Counted from the stretch's first letter, positions 1 through 13,581 are shown. The stretch: DNA of 64,000 nucleotides from Octopus sinensis (GCF_006345805.1 NC_043015.1:9300001-9364000), one strand, 5' to 3'. Notes: generated from the sequence alone by a model not told the origin. Made by a program: numbers and translations.

Positions 1-187
1 AAATCATCACCAATGACCTAGTTGGAGTATCAGCATTCCGAGTTATTTTACACGGCTTAGAAAATCTGAAAAAATGTTGCAATTCATATATGAATCTAAA
101 GAGTATGTGTTGAATAAAATCATAATTAACTAATTTTCCTGTATTTACTTTTACAGAAAGCCAGAAACTTTTCAGTACCCCCTCGTA
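1..187 (+). mobile_element. Tc1/mariner transposon 3' end (decayed transposase C-terminus plus right TIR)
   Basis: Frame from nt 3 reads IITNDLVGVSAFRVILHGLENLKKCCNSYMNLK, then a frameshift to EYVE*, matching the mariner terminal 'G.YVE*' motif. It is followed by aaagccagaaacttttcagtaccccctcg|TA, a mariner-type TIR (reverse complement cgagggggtactgaaaagtttc) with a TA target site. Confidence 0.75.
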
Positions 188-3100
188 ACTCACTTAATAT
201 TTAACTCACTTAATATTTATCCGTATTTCCACATACTAAGTATATATTTGATAGCCTTCAAAATATCGGGAACTTTGTACATTGCATCCTTAAAATTAAT
301 GATTTCATTTTCAGTTGTTGTTACTAAAATGTTTCAAGTGACGAATAGGTAATCATAATCTGTATTCATTCGGTTATCTTAGAGAGAAGAGATTTCCTTT
401 GGTACAGATCTAAATGCCAATTTCATTTTTCGAATAGCCATTAAATGATGTTTCTTCTCAGAATTTATTGACTATGAAATGGTTTGACTAAGGTTTCATG
501 CGAAATGATTTGACTCCAGAATCGTCCATTTTCTTTGTAAATTTCATATTTACATTCTCGTCTGCGTAAGTATCATAAACACTCTTTAACATATGTTTAC
601 AGTCCTTGATTAATATTACAAACTATTTTGGCTCTAACACCAATCAAGTATTCACCTTTTACACATTTACAAAACTGTGAGAGCTTGTTACTTTTGTCAA
701 TATTTATTTAAATTGAAGTTAAATAAATGTGTATTTTTATTTAAAGCCAAAACAAAAAACGAGATTTTAGCATCATATATTGTTTCGATAATCACTTATT
801 TTTTGCATGCTGAGATAATCAAATTTGTTCATTCCAGTTTGTTTGTTCGATTACATTTGTCTGGAAAGCCTGAACAAAATAAACAAAATCTGAGCAAGGT
901 GAGGTTTAAGCATTGGTTTTAAAACATTTCTTAATTCAACTTTAATGGATTGCAAAAGAAACGCCGCAGTGCGCACTACATAGGCTGTAACGTTAATTAA
1001 CGTGTGAGAAAAAATCCATAGTTTCTTAAGTGTGAGCCACGGGTAACCGCCTTATCTACTGAAGCTTATATGAATAATTTTGGAATAATTTTATCTCTAA
1101 ATTCTTTATATGATGAAGATAAGAAGCGTAGTTGTGTCCATGGTTTTTGCCCTTTATTTTCAATTTTTGATTTCTTCCTAATTTCAATGATTGTTTGCCC
1201 CCATAAAATTTACTGTACTAATTAGGTTTTACTAAAATAGCATTTCGATAACTCTTGCGAAATGTAGTGCGGATTTACCAACAATAACAAAACAAATACC
1301 TGAATGCGCTTTTCGGGCCACCAATATGTTCGTAAAAGGGATACTAAGATTAACGACTGATAATAAGCTCTCTGATAAATACACTCATGATTTAAACTTT
1401 CAGGGCAGTTCATACAAATTTCTGATTCAGCTATTAGCTTATCTGAAGCCATCGATAGCCTACGATTATGTGCTTAGCTGTAAAATTTCTCGTAATAAAA
1501 ACGACGGCAACGATAACAGTTTCCGATGTATCAATGTTACAGGATAACACTTTTCCAAGATTCGTGAATTAAATAACTGATATTTTTCATTCAGAAAATA
1601 TGCCAGCAGGTGATACAAAGGGAATACTTTGTTTACCCTCAACTTGAGGGTAAACAATTAATTGTTAGACAGATCGTAGAAAATGGTCAATGTTTTTACA
1701 CATACACACAAGAGCAGGGTATTAAGTGATTAAAACTGATGATATCCTGTGAAAATCTAACTTCATACTTGCCAATACTGTACATTCCACAACGCCAATT
1801 CCTATTTCCAGAAAAAATGACATATACTATGAATGTTTATAGCCAGGTCTGTGAGTATACGGTTGGTATCAAACTTTTATTTGCATTTCTAGTATTTGCT
1901 TAAGGTAGTTTATAAATAGACAAGATTGCTATGGGGAAGGAACGCCAAGCTATCTTGATTCCTGCTTGTATCTACCTGCCGATTTCGATGTTTATTCTTG
2001 ACTGATTTAACGAATTCAGCAAATCTTTGATTAATAATTTAGGAGATGAGACCTTCCGTAATGTCACCAATTCCTTACACGGTTGATGAATTATGAGTTA
2101 TGTTCAGGAAATGAAAGCGAATTTCTCTCGCTTTTGCTTTCAGGCACGTATAAGGAAACTAATATTGATAGCTATCCGAAGCTTCAGAACCTGGAAGAAA
2201 ATTAATGAATATCAGTTATTCACAAAGAGTCTCACTACAAGAGCATGAACTAATGACGACATCCAAGCAGAAAACACACTACGTTAGTATTGCCCCCATA
2301 TTAGAACAACCACGTATTTAAATAAATACGGTAAAAAATAAGTCAATGATATGATAATTGTTTAGAAGTTTATATCATATTTTAGCAAATAATTATACAT
2401 CTAGAGCTCGATTTCATTCGAATGTTATACGTCTCCACCTCTAACATATTTATAGTTGGATAGATAATCAATTATACTCTCCTGTAGCTGTAGGTCGCAC
2501 AAAAAAAGGGAGAGTAAATGTAGCACGTCTCAGGCTGGAGTTAAGCGTAAAGGTGGACAAAGTTGTTCGTTTCATTAGACACCTTTTTTTCAGTAATTGC
2601 GTGTTATATAGTATTAGAAAATTCAAACAATTTTAAAAAGGTGCTCAGATATGGGAGTAACAGATATGAAAAAGAGAGACATTGCTTGGTTAGTACTTTA
2701 TGTAATCGAACATCTGGGCAAAATGCGACGGTGTTTTCATAGGATATAAAATGGGGTCGGTAGAGAAAGGAAGTATATACTGGAGACAATTTTATCCGAA
2801 GATTTAAAAGTAAGCTCCGGACAGCAATCTTCTAAGTTGCATAAATTATATATGTCCATCTAACATTATATGAAAGGAATATGAAATAATGACAGCAGAA
2901 GTGGACATGGTAATCCGCAGTCAAATATATCTTGAAGTGTGTTTTGAAGTATGTAAGTATTAAGAATACAGGGATAATATGATCATTTTGTGCAGAGAAG
3001 TGTACGTTAGAATGCTCTTACAGATGAATCTATCTTTCAAAATCTTTTACTGGCTTAATCTCTATTGTAATCAGTGTGACTTCTTCAGAAATTCTATTGT

Positions 3101-5878
3101 GAAATTACCTTACATTCGCTATTCCGTACGCATTCGTCACACCTTTATCTAAGAATGTGTTTTAAATCGCATTTGGAAGACTTAGTATATTTCAACTTTA
3201 CATTTAGAGGCGATTTAAGATGACGTTTTCATTTTATGATGGGGGTCCTATTAGCATTCTTCCTATATAACTCTATAGAGTATTGTTGCCTGGAGAAATA
3301 GCTTTTCTCCGATAACCACACAAAACTGAAGGAATATTCCTCTTCAGTTATTATATTTGATTACTACAAAGCCATTTAATTAAAATATCTCACTCTGAGA
3401 TTTCAAATATTGTGTGATAGTTAGATTCGATATCAACGGCTCTGCAGGGAAATCTGCGAGGCAAATGAACATGTTAAGTGGCTAGAAGCAACAACCACAT
3501 TTACTTCAACGTGAGATTGAACGAAAATGTAAGTAATCGAATATCTAATAGTAAAAATTGAAACTCAATCAATGAAAAGACTTCATACGTATTAGATTGT
3601 GATGTGGAATTGCATCGCCATTATTGCTGTTTCATAGAACGAGCTATTCTGTAAGATTTCCTATTGTAAATATTCTTGAACTCTATATATATCTACGCTA
3701 GTATTAAGATGAATCATATCACTTGATTTTATATGTGAAGAAAACACTCCACGATATTTTTAGTCCATCATTGACATAAATTTGCTGTTCAATCACTTTT
3801 GTCTGGAATGGTAAAATATAAGATATTTTGAAGAATATTACTAATAAAGTAGTTTATACATTACTGTGTATTATAATATCGCCAAGTTGGAAAACATTTG
3901 TTATACTAATTCGATTAAAATGCGCACTGACGACAATAAAATATGTTGAAAATGTCAAAGGATTATATCATTCTTGTGTGAATATGTTTTGATAGTCAGC
4001 GTATGTGATGACATATAATAAATATTACTAACTTTAAGAAAAAAATTCAAGGCAACAAAAAACACAGTTTGATCATTCTGATGAATATTTCGTTTTCTCT
4101 CTTGAGGGTGCAATAGAGTGAATACTAAAATTACCATAGGAAAAGTGATAACGTTCCATTTTTATAGAAGGAATTTTAATTAAATTTTTCAGCAATAAGA
4201 TCGAAAAAATTCCGATAAAAAATAAAGTAAAATATAAGACATAAATTCGACAACAGTGTATAGAAATTTCGTATGTCGTTGATATGGCTAGGGGCAAATA
4301 AATTGTATTTCTACATATGAACCTTTATTCTGAAGGATATATCGAGGTATTGCACAGTTGTCTTTAGCTCACCAATATATCTCACCAATATTTCGCCTTG
4401 CTAGACTAGAAACACAGCGAGTTGATTTCATATGAAATTGGTATAATAGTGAGTTTTTTCTTCTTTTCAGAATTAAACATACTATAAGCTAAAATTTCGA
4501 TATAATGCCTCGGGATAGTAAGAATCTTGAAGTAAAAAAATGGGAGCAAATGGTGGTCACATTATCAAAAACAGTTATTTACAGTCCACATTATTTTCCA
4601 TTCTCAACACGATTTGATTGAGAAAAAGATTCGTTTCCGCCTGTCTTCAAAACAGACATTTGATCGTAAAAGAGCACAGCTTTAGCTGTATAATCAAGAA
4701 ATAATTCAGTGTGCTACTTAGTTAAAAAATAGAAACAATCCTGCTTCAAAAGAAATCTTTTTAGTATTATGCGCATTCCTATAGGGCAATTGAGAATTTA
4801 GTCTAACTCATTTAATTACCTACTCTTCTTGGAAATGCAATCCTAATTTGCGCTATCCGAATGTAGCACGTAGTTCTTTATTTCTCACTAGAGAAAGCAG
4901 TTTATCGCTGCAAGCATTCACACAATTCCTACTTCATATACGGATTGACATATAATGATACAAACAACAGTTGGAGAAATCGAATAACTGCGGTTGTATT
5001 TCATAGGCAGTACAATGCTGTTTATTCGATTTAAGCTAACAAAATACTAATATTACAATGAATTACAACTATATCTAAATATCACATACAGTGGAACATG
5101 TGCAATGCATGTAAAAATTCATGTACTAACAAGCGCAAATTAAATCAATAATATTATGAAATATACTATTAATCTAGCCAAAGGTATCTACGCCTTCATC
5201 TTAATCATTTACCGCAATAAATGTAACAGCTATCGAGAGCGACAGAAAGAGATGGGAAAGAGAGAGAGAGAGTAATATACGAAAGAAAACAGAATGATTG
5301 AATACATACATATATTAACGAAGAGAGAAGCAATGAGCTGAAGAATAATTTGACTAAATGTTAGCAGAAAAGAAAGTTACAGACAGAAATAACATAACAC
5401 AGATTCCATATATGTTAAGAAAGTTAAAACGAAAATATACTTGAAAACAGGGGTGAAGACGATAAAGAAATATTCGTGATCTAAATATACTTGCGGAGAT
5501 GCAATGGCCCAGTGTGTGTGTATAATTCGCATGCATTAGTACAGTTGATTAGTAACAGAATTCATTACCAAAAAATGATGGGACAACCTTTGGTTTAATC
5601 TGGAAGGAGAAGTTGTCCTCATGATTTTTCCGGGCATGTATTGGGCTTAAAGTACATCATTAAAAGAAGTGAGCTTCTGATAATAGCGGGAGCCTAAGAA
5701 ACAATAATTCCTAAAAACATGTAGATAGATGAAGCGAAATAATAACAATGAGAAAATTTGTGAAATGAAAATAAGATTGTGACCCTTTATCAAATTAAAT
5801 GAAGGAAGTAATAAATGAACTAGGGATCATGCCAAAGTTATGATTTCTGCTTCACTCGGTCATACATTAAGACATTGT

Positions 5879-6190
5879 GGAGGCACAATGGCCCAGTGGT
5901 TAGGGCAGATGACTCCCGGTCGGAGCATCGCGGTTTCGATTCCCAGGCCGGGCGTTGTGTGTGTATATGGAGCGAAAACACGTAAAGCTCCACGAGGCTC
6001 CGGCAGTAGGGATTGATCCCTGTTCTACTCTTCCGCCCCAAATTTCTCGCACTCTCACTTCCTTTTTCTTGAGTAACGTTGCAATGAACTGGCGTCCCGT
6101 TCAGCTGGGAGGAACACATACGCCACAGAAACCGGGAAACCGGGCCCATGAGCCTGGCAAGGCTTGTAAAGTGTGCATAAAGTAAATAAA
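5879..6190 (+). mobile_element. tRNA-derived SINE, head type B, tail X
   Basis: A-box tggcccagtggttagg and B-box ggtttcgattccc. The first ~185 bp are shared with the copies at 14290 and 57717. Distinct 3' module (gaactggcgtcccgttcag...cagaaaccgggaaacc) and A-rich end. Confidence 0.85.
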
Positions 6191-6450
6191 AAGAATACTT
6201 GAACTACTGTTGGTCAATATATTAACTTCCAGCTTTAAATGATATGCTTTTATAGTTTCACTTGCTTTCTATATGTACCACTAGGAAAGTATGTAAGTGC
6301 GCATGTATATATTTATGGAAACATACGTAATGCTGTGTTTTATATATTGAAAGAGAAAAGAAAAACTCTGTTATAATGAGGAAGAAACTTTTGAATGATC
6401 ATCTATAAGATTATTGTCTATCTAGATAATCTATAAGACTATTGTCTTAT

Positions 6451-6873
6451 AGGCGCAGGGGTACCTGTGTGGTAAGTAGCTTGCTTACGAACCACATGGT
6501 TCCGGCTTCAGTCCCACTTCGTGGCACCTTGGGCAGGTGTCTTCTACTATAGCCTCGGGTCGAACAAAACCTTGTGAATGCATTTGGTAGACAGAAACTG
6601 AAAAAAGCCCGTCGTATATATGTATATAGTTTATGTGTTTGCAAATTTTTGTGTCTGTGTTTGTTTGCCACCCCAACCCCGCAACGTCGCTTGACAACCG
6701 ATGCTGGTGTGCTTACGCTTCCGTAACTTAGTGGTTCGGCAAAAGAGACCGATAGAATAAATACTAGGTTTACAAAGAATAAGTTCTGTGGTCGATGTGC
6801 TCGACTAAAGGCGGTGCTCCAGCATGGCCGCAGTAAAATGACTGAAACAAGTAAAAGAGTAAAAGAGTAAAAG
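6451..6873 (+). mobile_element. tRNA-derived CORE-like SINE family A (internal TA/TG tract, gtaaaaga tail)
   Basis: tRNA-like head (tgtgtggtaag...ggcttcagtccc), CORE-like ccttgggcaggtgtcttct, and tail ggcggtgctccagcatggcc...gactgaaacaa(gtaaaaga)n. Six copies in the window. Confidence 0.9.
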
Positions 6874-8135
6874 ATTATATAATCTTACCCGCAGAATCAG
6901 CATGTACCAATGAATGATACATATGCGGGTATTGTTGATACTTATTTCTGCATTCTACATTTTGTTGTTACCCTATCATTTTTTTTTTTTTTGGTTTTCT
7001 TCTGTTTTATGTCAGACACTCTGCAGACATTGAGCAAGGACATGAATGTAATCGAATCAGTATGCATAGACTGAATTGATTGAAAGAAGAAACGTTATTT
7101 ATATGCATTTGCTATTGTATATAGGCAAGGGCTGTACACATGGCTTCAACAGATACATCCAAAACGGTGAGATAACAACGACTGCGTGGAAGACTGGGGT
7201 GTGTTATCTCGATAACACAGTTTAATTATTCCTGTTTCACTTTCATTGTTAACATGTATGGCTATCGTTTAGCCAAATTGTCAATGAGAATAATACCTAC
7301 TTCTTTCTATATTTCTTCCTTTCTTTCGTCATATGTATGTATGAGTCTGTATCCCTGTGTATATCTAAATATATATATATACATCTAAATATATATATAT
7401 ATATATGCGTGTGTGTGGTTGTGTGTACGTGTGAGTGTGTATATATGTATGTATTTGTGTGTGCGTCTATATGTGTGTGTGTATTCCACGAACGATCAAA
7501 TGAATGCGGAATCTGAAAGAAATATAAAAAAAATTATCTCTGCAGTGGTTGGAAACCTGACTCCTGTTTTCCTAATGATAAATGTAAAACTAAAAATGTT
7601 ATATATATATGTAAAGTAACATCTGAGAGAACTGAATATTTTTACATCGGTGTGAATGCTCTAATGGTCAAAAACTGCCTGACTAATCAAATTCATTTAG
7701 AGATAAAAATAAAGAATTCCAAACAAGTATAAATAGGTTGATCTGAAACAAAAAAAAATACTTTCAACTGGAAATTAATTAGTACTGCGAAACCATAGAG
7801 ACAAGGCGCTAATCAAAGTGAACTTCGTATGAAATAATTTTATCAATTGTATTTTTTATTTTACATCAGGAAAATATTGTCATTTCTAAGCAAAAACAAG
7901 CCGTATGACGCTTTCATATGAGAAACTTAATCTATGCACAATATGAATGGGTTACACATATTTAAACAACAAAATGTTCTAAAATTACTTACTATAAGAA
8001 ATAAACGATTGATTATTCAATGAATAATTGGAATTGAAAACAATTCGCGTCTAAAATAACGTAAAACAATTTCATTAAACGAAAAGAAAATCATAATAAT
8101 AGTTTAACCAATTAAATCTCAAAGGATATTATAGT

Positions 8136-8225
8136 AAAGAGCCGGAAGAAACTGCATTGCTGTTATAGTATAGTTGCAATTCCAACATTTACGAACAGAT
8201 GCAGTCGAAACATATGTAGGTTTGT
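8136..8225 (+). ncRNA. Degenerate type I hammerhead ribozyme relic (core U4>G)
   Basis: CGGAAGA (8143-8149), A, stem II ACTGCAT (8151-8157)/ATGCAGT (8199-8205) with 7 perfect bp, C, GAAAC, ATAT, GTA (8216-8218). Stem I is only partly paired. Confidence 0.55.
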
Positions 8226-8301
8226 TTAACGCTGTATTTATACTTAAAAATGAATTAAAAGTAATGATTATGCTACTTTGTCATAATGCTTATTATTATT
8301 C

Positions 8302-8511
8302 AGTGAGAGAGCAGTGCATGCCACGAAACCTACAATTAGGTAAAATATACGAAGCCAGTATACTCATCATGATTACACGTCTTATAAGGGTACACCAGGC
8401 ACATGCATCACAACCATATGTGTGCAGCATGGTGATCTCATATCAAGATAAACAGCACATGAACTTGCAGGTGGGTCAAAGTTAGAATTTTCATCAGGTC
8501 AGGTAGCCCAT
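8302..8511 (-). mobile_element. Older partial copy of the (TAA)n-associated non-coding element
   Basis: Diverged match to 8571-8790, bounded by TTA repeats. Confidence 0.8.
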
Positions 8512-8535
8512 CTATTATTATTAAAATTATCATTA

Positions 8536-8570
<35 letters not shown>

Positions 8571-9076
8571 GAGTGAGAGAGCAGTTCATGCCATCAAAGT
8601 GACACTGGGGTGAAATATACGAAGCCCAATATACCCATCATGACTACCCGTCTGATAATGGTACACCAGGCACATGCATCACAACCATATGTGCGCGACA
8701 TGGTGATCTCATATCAAGATAAACAGCACATGACCTTGCAGTTGGGGCCCAGTTAGAATTTTCTTCAGGTTGAGTTGCCCATCCCGCTCAAAAGGTCCCT
8801 GAATAAGGGTTGTTTAAGGATGTTGAAAGAACCACCCATGTTTTCAGAGGTGAATTATTCAAACTCCAAAGAATCCCTCTCAACACATGGCTATGATGCT
8901 CCCCCACTACTTCTGCTTGTGATCAGAGATGCACACATCGTCAGCCACTAAGGGACATGCTCAACTGGTTAAAGTCAAACAACTGACAAGCAAATCTGTG
9001 GTATTGAGCAGAATATTTGTTGTAGCCCATCTTTTATACCAAGACAAAACAATGTACATGATAACACTTCCAATCA

Positions 9077-9080
<4 letters not shown>
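8571..9080 (-). mobile_element. (TAA)n-associated ~550 bp non-coding interspersed element (unclassified)
   Basis: Reverse complement of 51995-52499 at high identity. Flanked on both sides by (TTA)n. No tRNA boxes and no convincing ORF. Confidence 0.85.
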
Positions 9081-9123
<43 letters not shown>

Positions 9124-9128
9124 TATTA

Positions 9129-9175
<47 letters not shown>

Positions 9176-9178
<3 letters not shown>

Positions 9179-9410
9179 TAGTTTTATTTTTATAGCGTGC
9201 TTTCACTTCACTACCGAGCGCAGCTCTGTGTGCCTTGGGTATGTGCTGTGATTTGTTGTGATGCTCTGATTGTTATTGTATTTAAAGTGTTCTGCGTAGG
9301 ATGTGTGCAGTGCCTAGTAGTGCAATTTTCTGTATGTTATATGTGTTTGTAAGTCCTGGTGTTTTTGTTATGTATTTGTCTGAATATTTTTTATCATGCC
9401 TAATGCACCT
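9176..9410 (-). mobile_element. R4/Dong-type LINE 3' end (235 bp), copy 1
   Basis: Encodes ...KYITKTPGLTNTYNIQKIALLGTAHILRRTL* plus a 3' UTR nearly identical to 54560-54779. Lies in (TTA)n. Confidence 0.9.
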
Positions 9411-9429
9411 ATTATTATTATTATTATTA

Positions 9430-9476
<47 letters not shown>

Positions 9477-9495
9477 TATTATTATTATTATTATT

Positions 9496-9729
9496 CAGTA
9501 GTTTTATTTTTATAGCGTGCTTTCACTTCACTACCGAGCGCAGCTGTGTGTGCCTTGGGTATGTGCTGTGATTTGTTGTGATGCTCTGATTGTTATTGTA
9601 TTTAAAGTGTTCTGCGTAGGATGTGTGCAGTGCCTAGTAGTGCAATTTTCTGTATGTTATATGTGTTTGTAAGTCCTGGTGTTTTTGTTATGTATTTGTC
9701 TGAATATTTTTTATCATGCCTAATGCACC

Positions 9730-9730
<1 letters not shown>
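9496..9730 (-). mobile_element. R4/Dong-type LINE 3' end (235 bp), copy 2
   Basis: Same ends as 9176-9410, with one substitution seen (cagctctgtg vs cagctgtgtg). Confidence 0.9.
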
Positions 9731-9793
<63 letters not shown>

Positions 9794-10571
9794 ATTGTTG
9801 TTGTTGTTATTGTTGTTGTTCTTACATACAGACATGTATGTGTCTGTCTGCATGTGTTTGTACGTGTATTAATTTTTGTGTGCGTGCGTGTGTGTGTGTC
9901 TGTATGTGACTTACTTCAGTTTCTGCTGTCTTAGTGCCGGATGGGGGTTGCCTATTACTTCCATTTGAGATATCAGTAAACACAATTACAACAATTGTTT
10001 TCAAATTTTCTTAATATCTCACATTTTTGTGTGGAGAAGGGATATTTCTGTTACCAGAAGGCATAATTCTGTTTGCAGGTTTCGTTTTCCCTCCTAATTA
10101 TTCAATTTTTATCTGTTCAGGAATATTCCCAAAAGGATTGGATTATATTTGTTTCGACAATGCTATCACATCCAACGCTTTCATTACATCGCATGCATAT
10201 GCATGCTTGCGTTGCTTCAAAATTCTATTCAAGAATTTTGCTTATCTATAGCAGTTTCTGATTGATCCTTGCAAGGAGCCTTAAAATCATGAGGGTCATT
10301 TCCAGAAATATTTGGACTCCATACTACACACAACTAAATGGAACGCCTGTTTCTGAACAGGATTTTTCATAGGTAAGTGGATATGTTTTGTGTGTAGACG
10401 CATATATATATATATATATAAATTTTATACCATGTATATATATATATACATAGTATAACATTTTTGAATTTGTACATTTTTCTATATGCTAGGCTACTGG
10501 TTTTATATTTATGTTAGTTAAATAATTTTCAAATTATTGCCCTCTATATATATATATATATATCTATATAT

Positions 10572-10610
<39 letters not shown>

Positions 10611-10613
<3 letters not shown>

Positions 10614-11060
10614 GTGACATCCTCAGTAATTCCCGGAAAAGCTGGGCTTATCCCCTGTTTCGTTTTTCATACATGTTTCGATAATCCAATAATATTAATA
10701 CAAGATATGTATCCCTTAAAATGTTTTTTGTGCATTTACAGAGAATACCGAAAATAGGATCCTGTTTTTTGGAAATCCCAATAACTTATAAATACCGAAA
10801 CTGTGAAGTCATTTACGTAATAGCATGAAATTAGTTACCCAGTAGTAAAAATTGAAATAAAATATCTCCGAAAAGAATTTAATGCTTTCCCAGAGTAGAC
10901 AGACTTTAGAAGGAAATATCAATAAGTTATGTATAACAGAATCTGAAGCATGTTACGCAATAACAGGCTAATCGGATATGAGATAATCGCAATTCAAAGT
11001 AAATATCGGAATAGGGCTTTTGTGCGTTCCCAGAGGATGTAACCATAGGGCTGCTAGTTT
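10611..11060 (-). mobile_element. Probable Helitron 3' non-coding end
   Basis: Diverged homologue of 23568-24000. Lies directly downstream of the minus-strand RepHel relic and abuts (TA)n. Confidence 0.45.
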
Positions 11061-11193
11061 TGAAATAGATTTACAATGAATGAGGCAACAGAGTGACATT
11101 TGGTTTTACAGTAGATATACAAATAAATTTGCATTTTTATTTTAACATAAAAGAACACGTAAATTATCAATACATTTACAGCACTTACAAATA

Positions 11194-13100
11194 TTACCTC
11201 CTGATTTTGTGAATCTTATTAAGCTTGCAGAGTTTCGTAATAAACAATGTTTTTGGTCTCTCCCTGTGGGGCATAAAGAAACAAATGAGTTGGATTGAGC
11301 ATCGTCCATAAAGTTGGTCACGAGAGAAAACTGTTACCGCAAGGTGCAGAACAACCACATCGAAGGACTGCACTTGGAGCCTGTTAATGCTAACTGCAAA
11401 GCTCAGTTTCAACGCGAATTGCTGGTGCTTGCACTGGAAAGGCACATCCGAGGGAATAAGTGGAATTCTAGAAAAGAATACAAATCACCGCTTGTTTTTC
11501 CAGTCAGAATTGTTCTCTCCAAACTGTTAGAATCATCTTTATTATAAGTCGTGTGCCATTCCAAAGTTTGGTGGATCGAGGTTTCGAAGAAGCATAACTG
11601 GTGCCCCAATATTGAGGTGGGATGCTGGGTGGCGTTAGACGATCCAAGAATTCAACTGAATAATTCACAGCTTCATCGATGTTGAATACAGAGTTTGTGG
11701 AATTGTACAGGTGACGCTCACCTGGCAAATGTATCAGAGTTTTGATGTTCAAATCATCAACTGTCACATTATTTCGAGTTCAAACGAGACGGGTTTTCAA
11801 CCAGTTGTGGCCTGTGAACTGATTCCTCCGGTTAGAAAACATCTTATTCATTAGATCCTTTAAATCATATACCATATGTCCAAAAGGCGAGCTTACCGAC
11901 CATCTTTCTCGCTAACTGAAGTGCGATTACCGACGTCCAAAGAGATTTTGAAACAGGAATGTGCGGCCACCACTTAGAAGGTATTCCACCTGGGGCCACT
12001 GATATGGTAATGTGTGCAAATGGGTTTAATTTGGCCCAGATTAGCCAGAAGAATATTGATGACAAATGTCTTGCCCGTTCCACCTGGTGCATCCCGAAAG
12101 AAAAGACCTCCACTTTCACTTTCAATGCTCGAAATAATGGTCTTATAAACACTCAGTTGATCCTCCATCAGTTTGTGCTCGTTATAAGCTGCATTCACCG
12201 TCGTTTTTCCGGTATCGTAGCCGATTGCCCGCAAGTACTGAATGGCGAGATTGTTTACTTCTTGCTCCCGTTGAGGTAGACCAAATGTGGCAATTTCTTT
12301 GTCTCCATAGCTTTCATTCGGGTTTCCATGTCAGGCAATGCTTCCTTATAAAGGGCGTTATTGAACCTGGTAATTTTTGTTGAGGTTTGCCTTTGAATCC
12401 TTTGTAGGGTATCTTCTGTCATGCTGGTTTTGTGGGTCGCCTTTGGCGAAGTCTTCTCTGTAGTGTGTTTTCCATGGTTTGACCTTGTGCGGCATTTGAC
12501 GCAGAAAGAAGCAATCCTGCTGATTAGAGTGTACGCCCACCCGATGGCACCATTTCAGGTGGCAACACGGTTTTCTTAGCCCTTGCGTCTGTTCCATTTA
12601 TTGTGTGCCCAAGTATAGTACATGAGAATCTAAAAATATAAGCGTTCGAGCAAACGTAACGCATTCGCATAATTTGAAGAAAGCTGTCAAAATGGTTTCT
12701 GATGCATTCAGTACAACGTTTCGAGCATTTTCTTCTGTGAAATAAACACACTGAATATTTTCAAGAAATACAAATATATTCAACAGTGCTGGATGCTGCT
12801 CGTGGATTTCGAAGCCATTGTTAGAGGAGCTATAACTGCTCAACTTATATTCCTGAATTTCATCTGCCTTCCTGACCTCCTGTTCAAGTCCAAAACCCAC
12901 CATATCTTAGCACTTATTGCTCTTATTAATATTTTTGCGAACTTATTTAATATTTTTATTGCGTTGAATAGCTCAACATTAGCATGGGTCTGCAAAATTT
13001 TAGACAGCCATTGGTTCTAGGGCACGATCCACCTATTTTCAATTTCCATCCCTTCACCATTAACTTTGAGCTTGGTAGTTTTTAGGATGATCAAAGGAAA
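11194..13100 (-). mobile_element. Helitron Rep/PIF1-helicase pseudogene
   Basis: Fragments in the expected order: ENRWIVP*NQWLSKILQTHANVE, FEIHEQHP..VYFTEENARNVVLNASETILTAFFKLC, Walker A FFRDAPGGTGKTFVINILLA, SVEFLDRLTPPSIPP, QFALKLSFAVSINRLQVQSF. Many stops and frameshifts. Confidence 0.9.
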
Positions 13101-13401
13101 AAAAGTAAATGAGTTAATTCCCTTGGCTAGGAATATAAACGGGTTATTTCCCTTGGCTGTTAACTTAAAATACATTGGTTACATATGTGGACCCCTTCTA
13201 AGGGATATAGACATCCAATTATAGATTTTTTTTTCTTAACATGAATGAGCCTAGAAACAAATTGGACGTTATTTGAATATGTTTGATGAGTTTCACAAAA
13301 TTCGTTAACGAGTGTAGACGGTAACTTGACAAAAACAGATATCCAAACAGGCAACTTGCGTTTATACATGTATAGATGTATTGGTGTAGATGTAGATAAA
13401 C

Positions 13402-13402
13402 T

Positions 13403-13458
<56 letters not shown>

Positions 13459-13464
13459 CATAAA

Positions 13465-13499
<35 letters not shown>

Positions 13500-13547
13500 G
13501 TAGACAGACAGATAGATATATAGATGGATAGATAGATAGATATATAG

Positions 13548-13581
<34 letters not shown>

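Noticed and set aside
1222-1452. LLRTYWWPE resembling an integrase zinc-binding motif
   Set aside because: Only a few residues match and no other LTR-element domains are nearby.
134-2210. Candidate host exons (open frame 134-349; AG/GT-bounded pieces at 1811-1849 and from 2144; minus-strand 237-323)
   Set aside because: Short, no recognisable protein, and splice-like motifs at about chance frequency. Would need RNA-seq.
4630-4660. Minus-strand TTGAAGA-CAGGCG-GAAAC
   Set aside because: No stem II, stem III or stem I pairing.
10073-10378. Possible exon ending at TAG|gtaagt
   Set aside because: Stops in all frames and no recognisable product.
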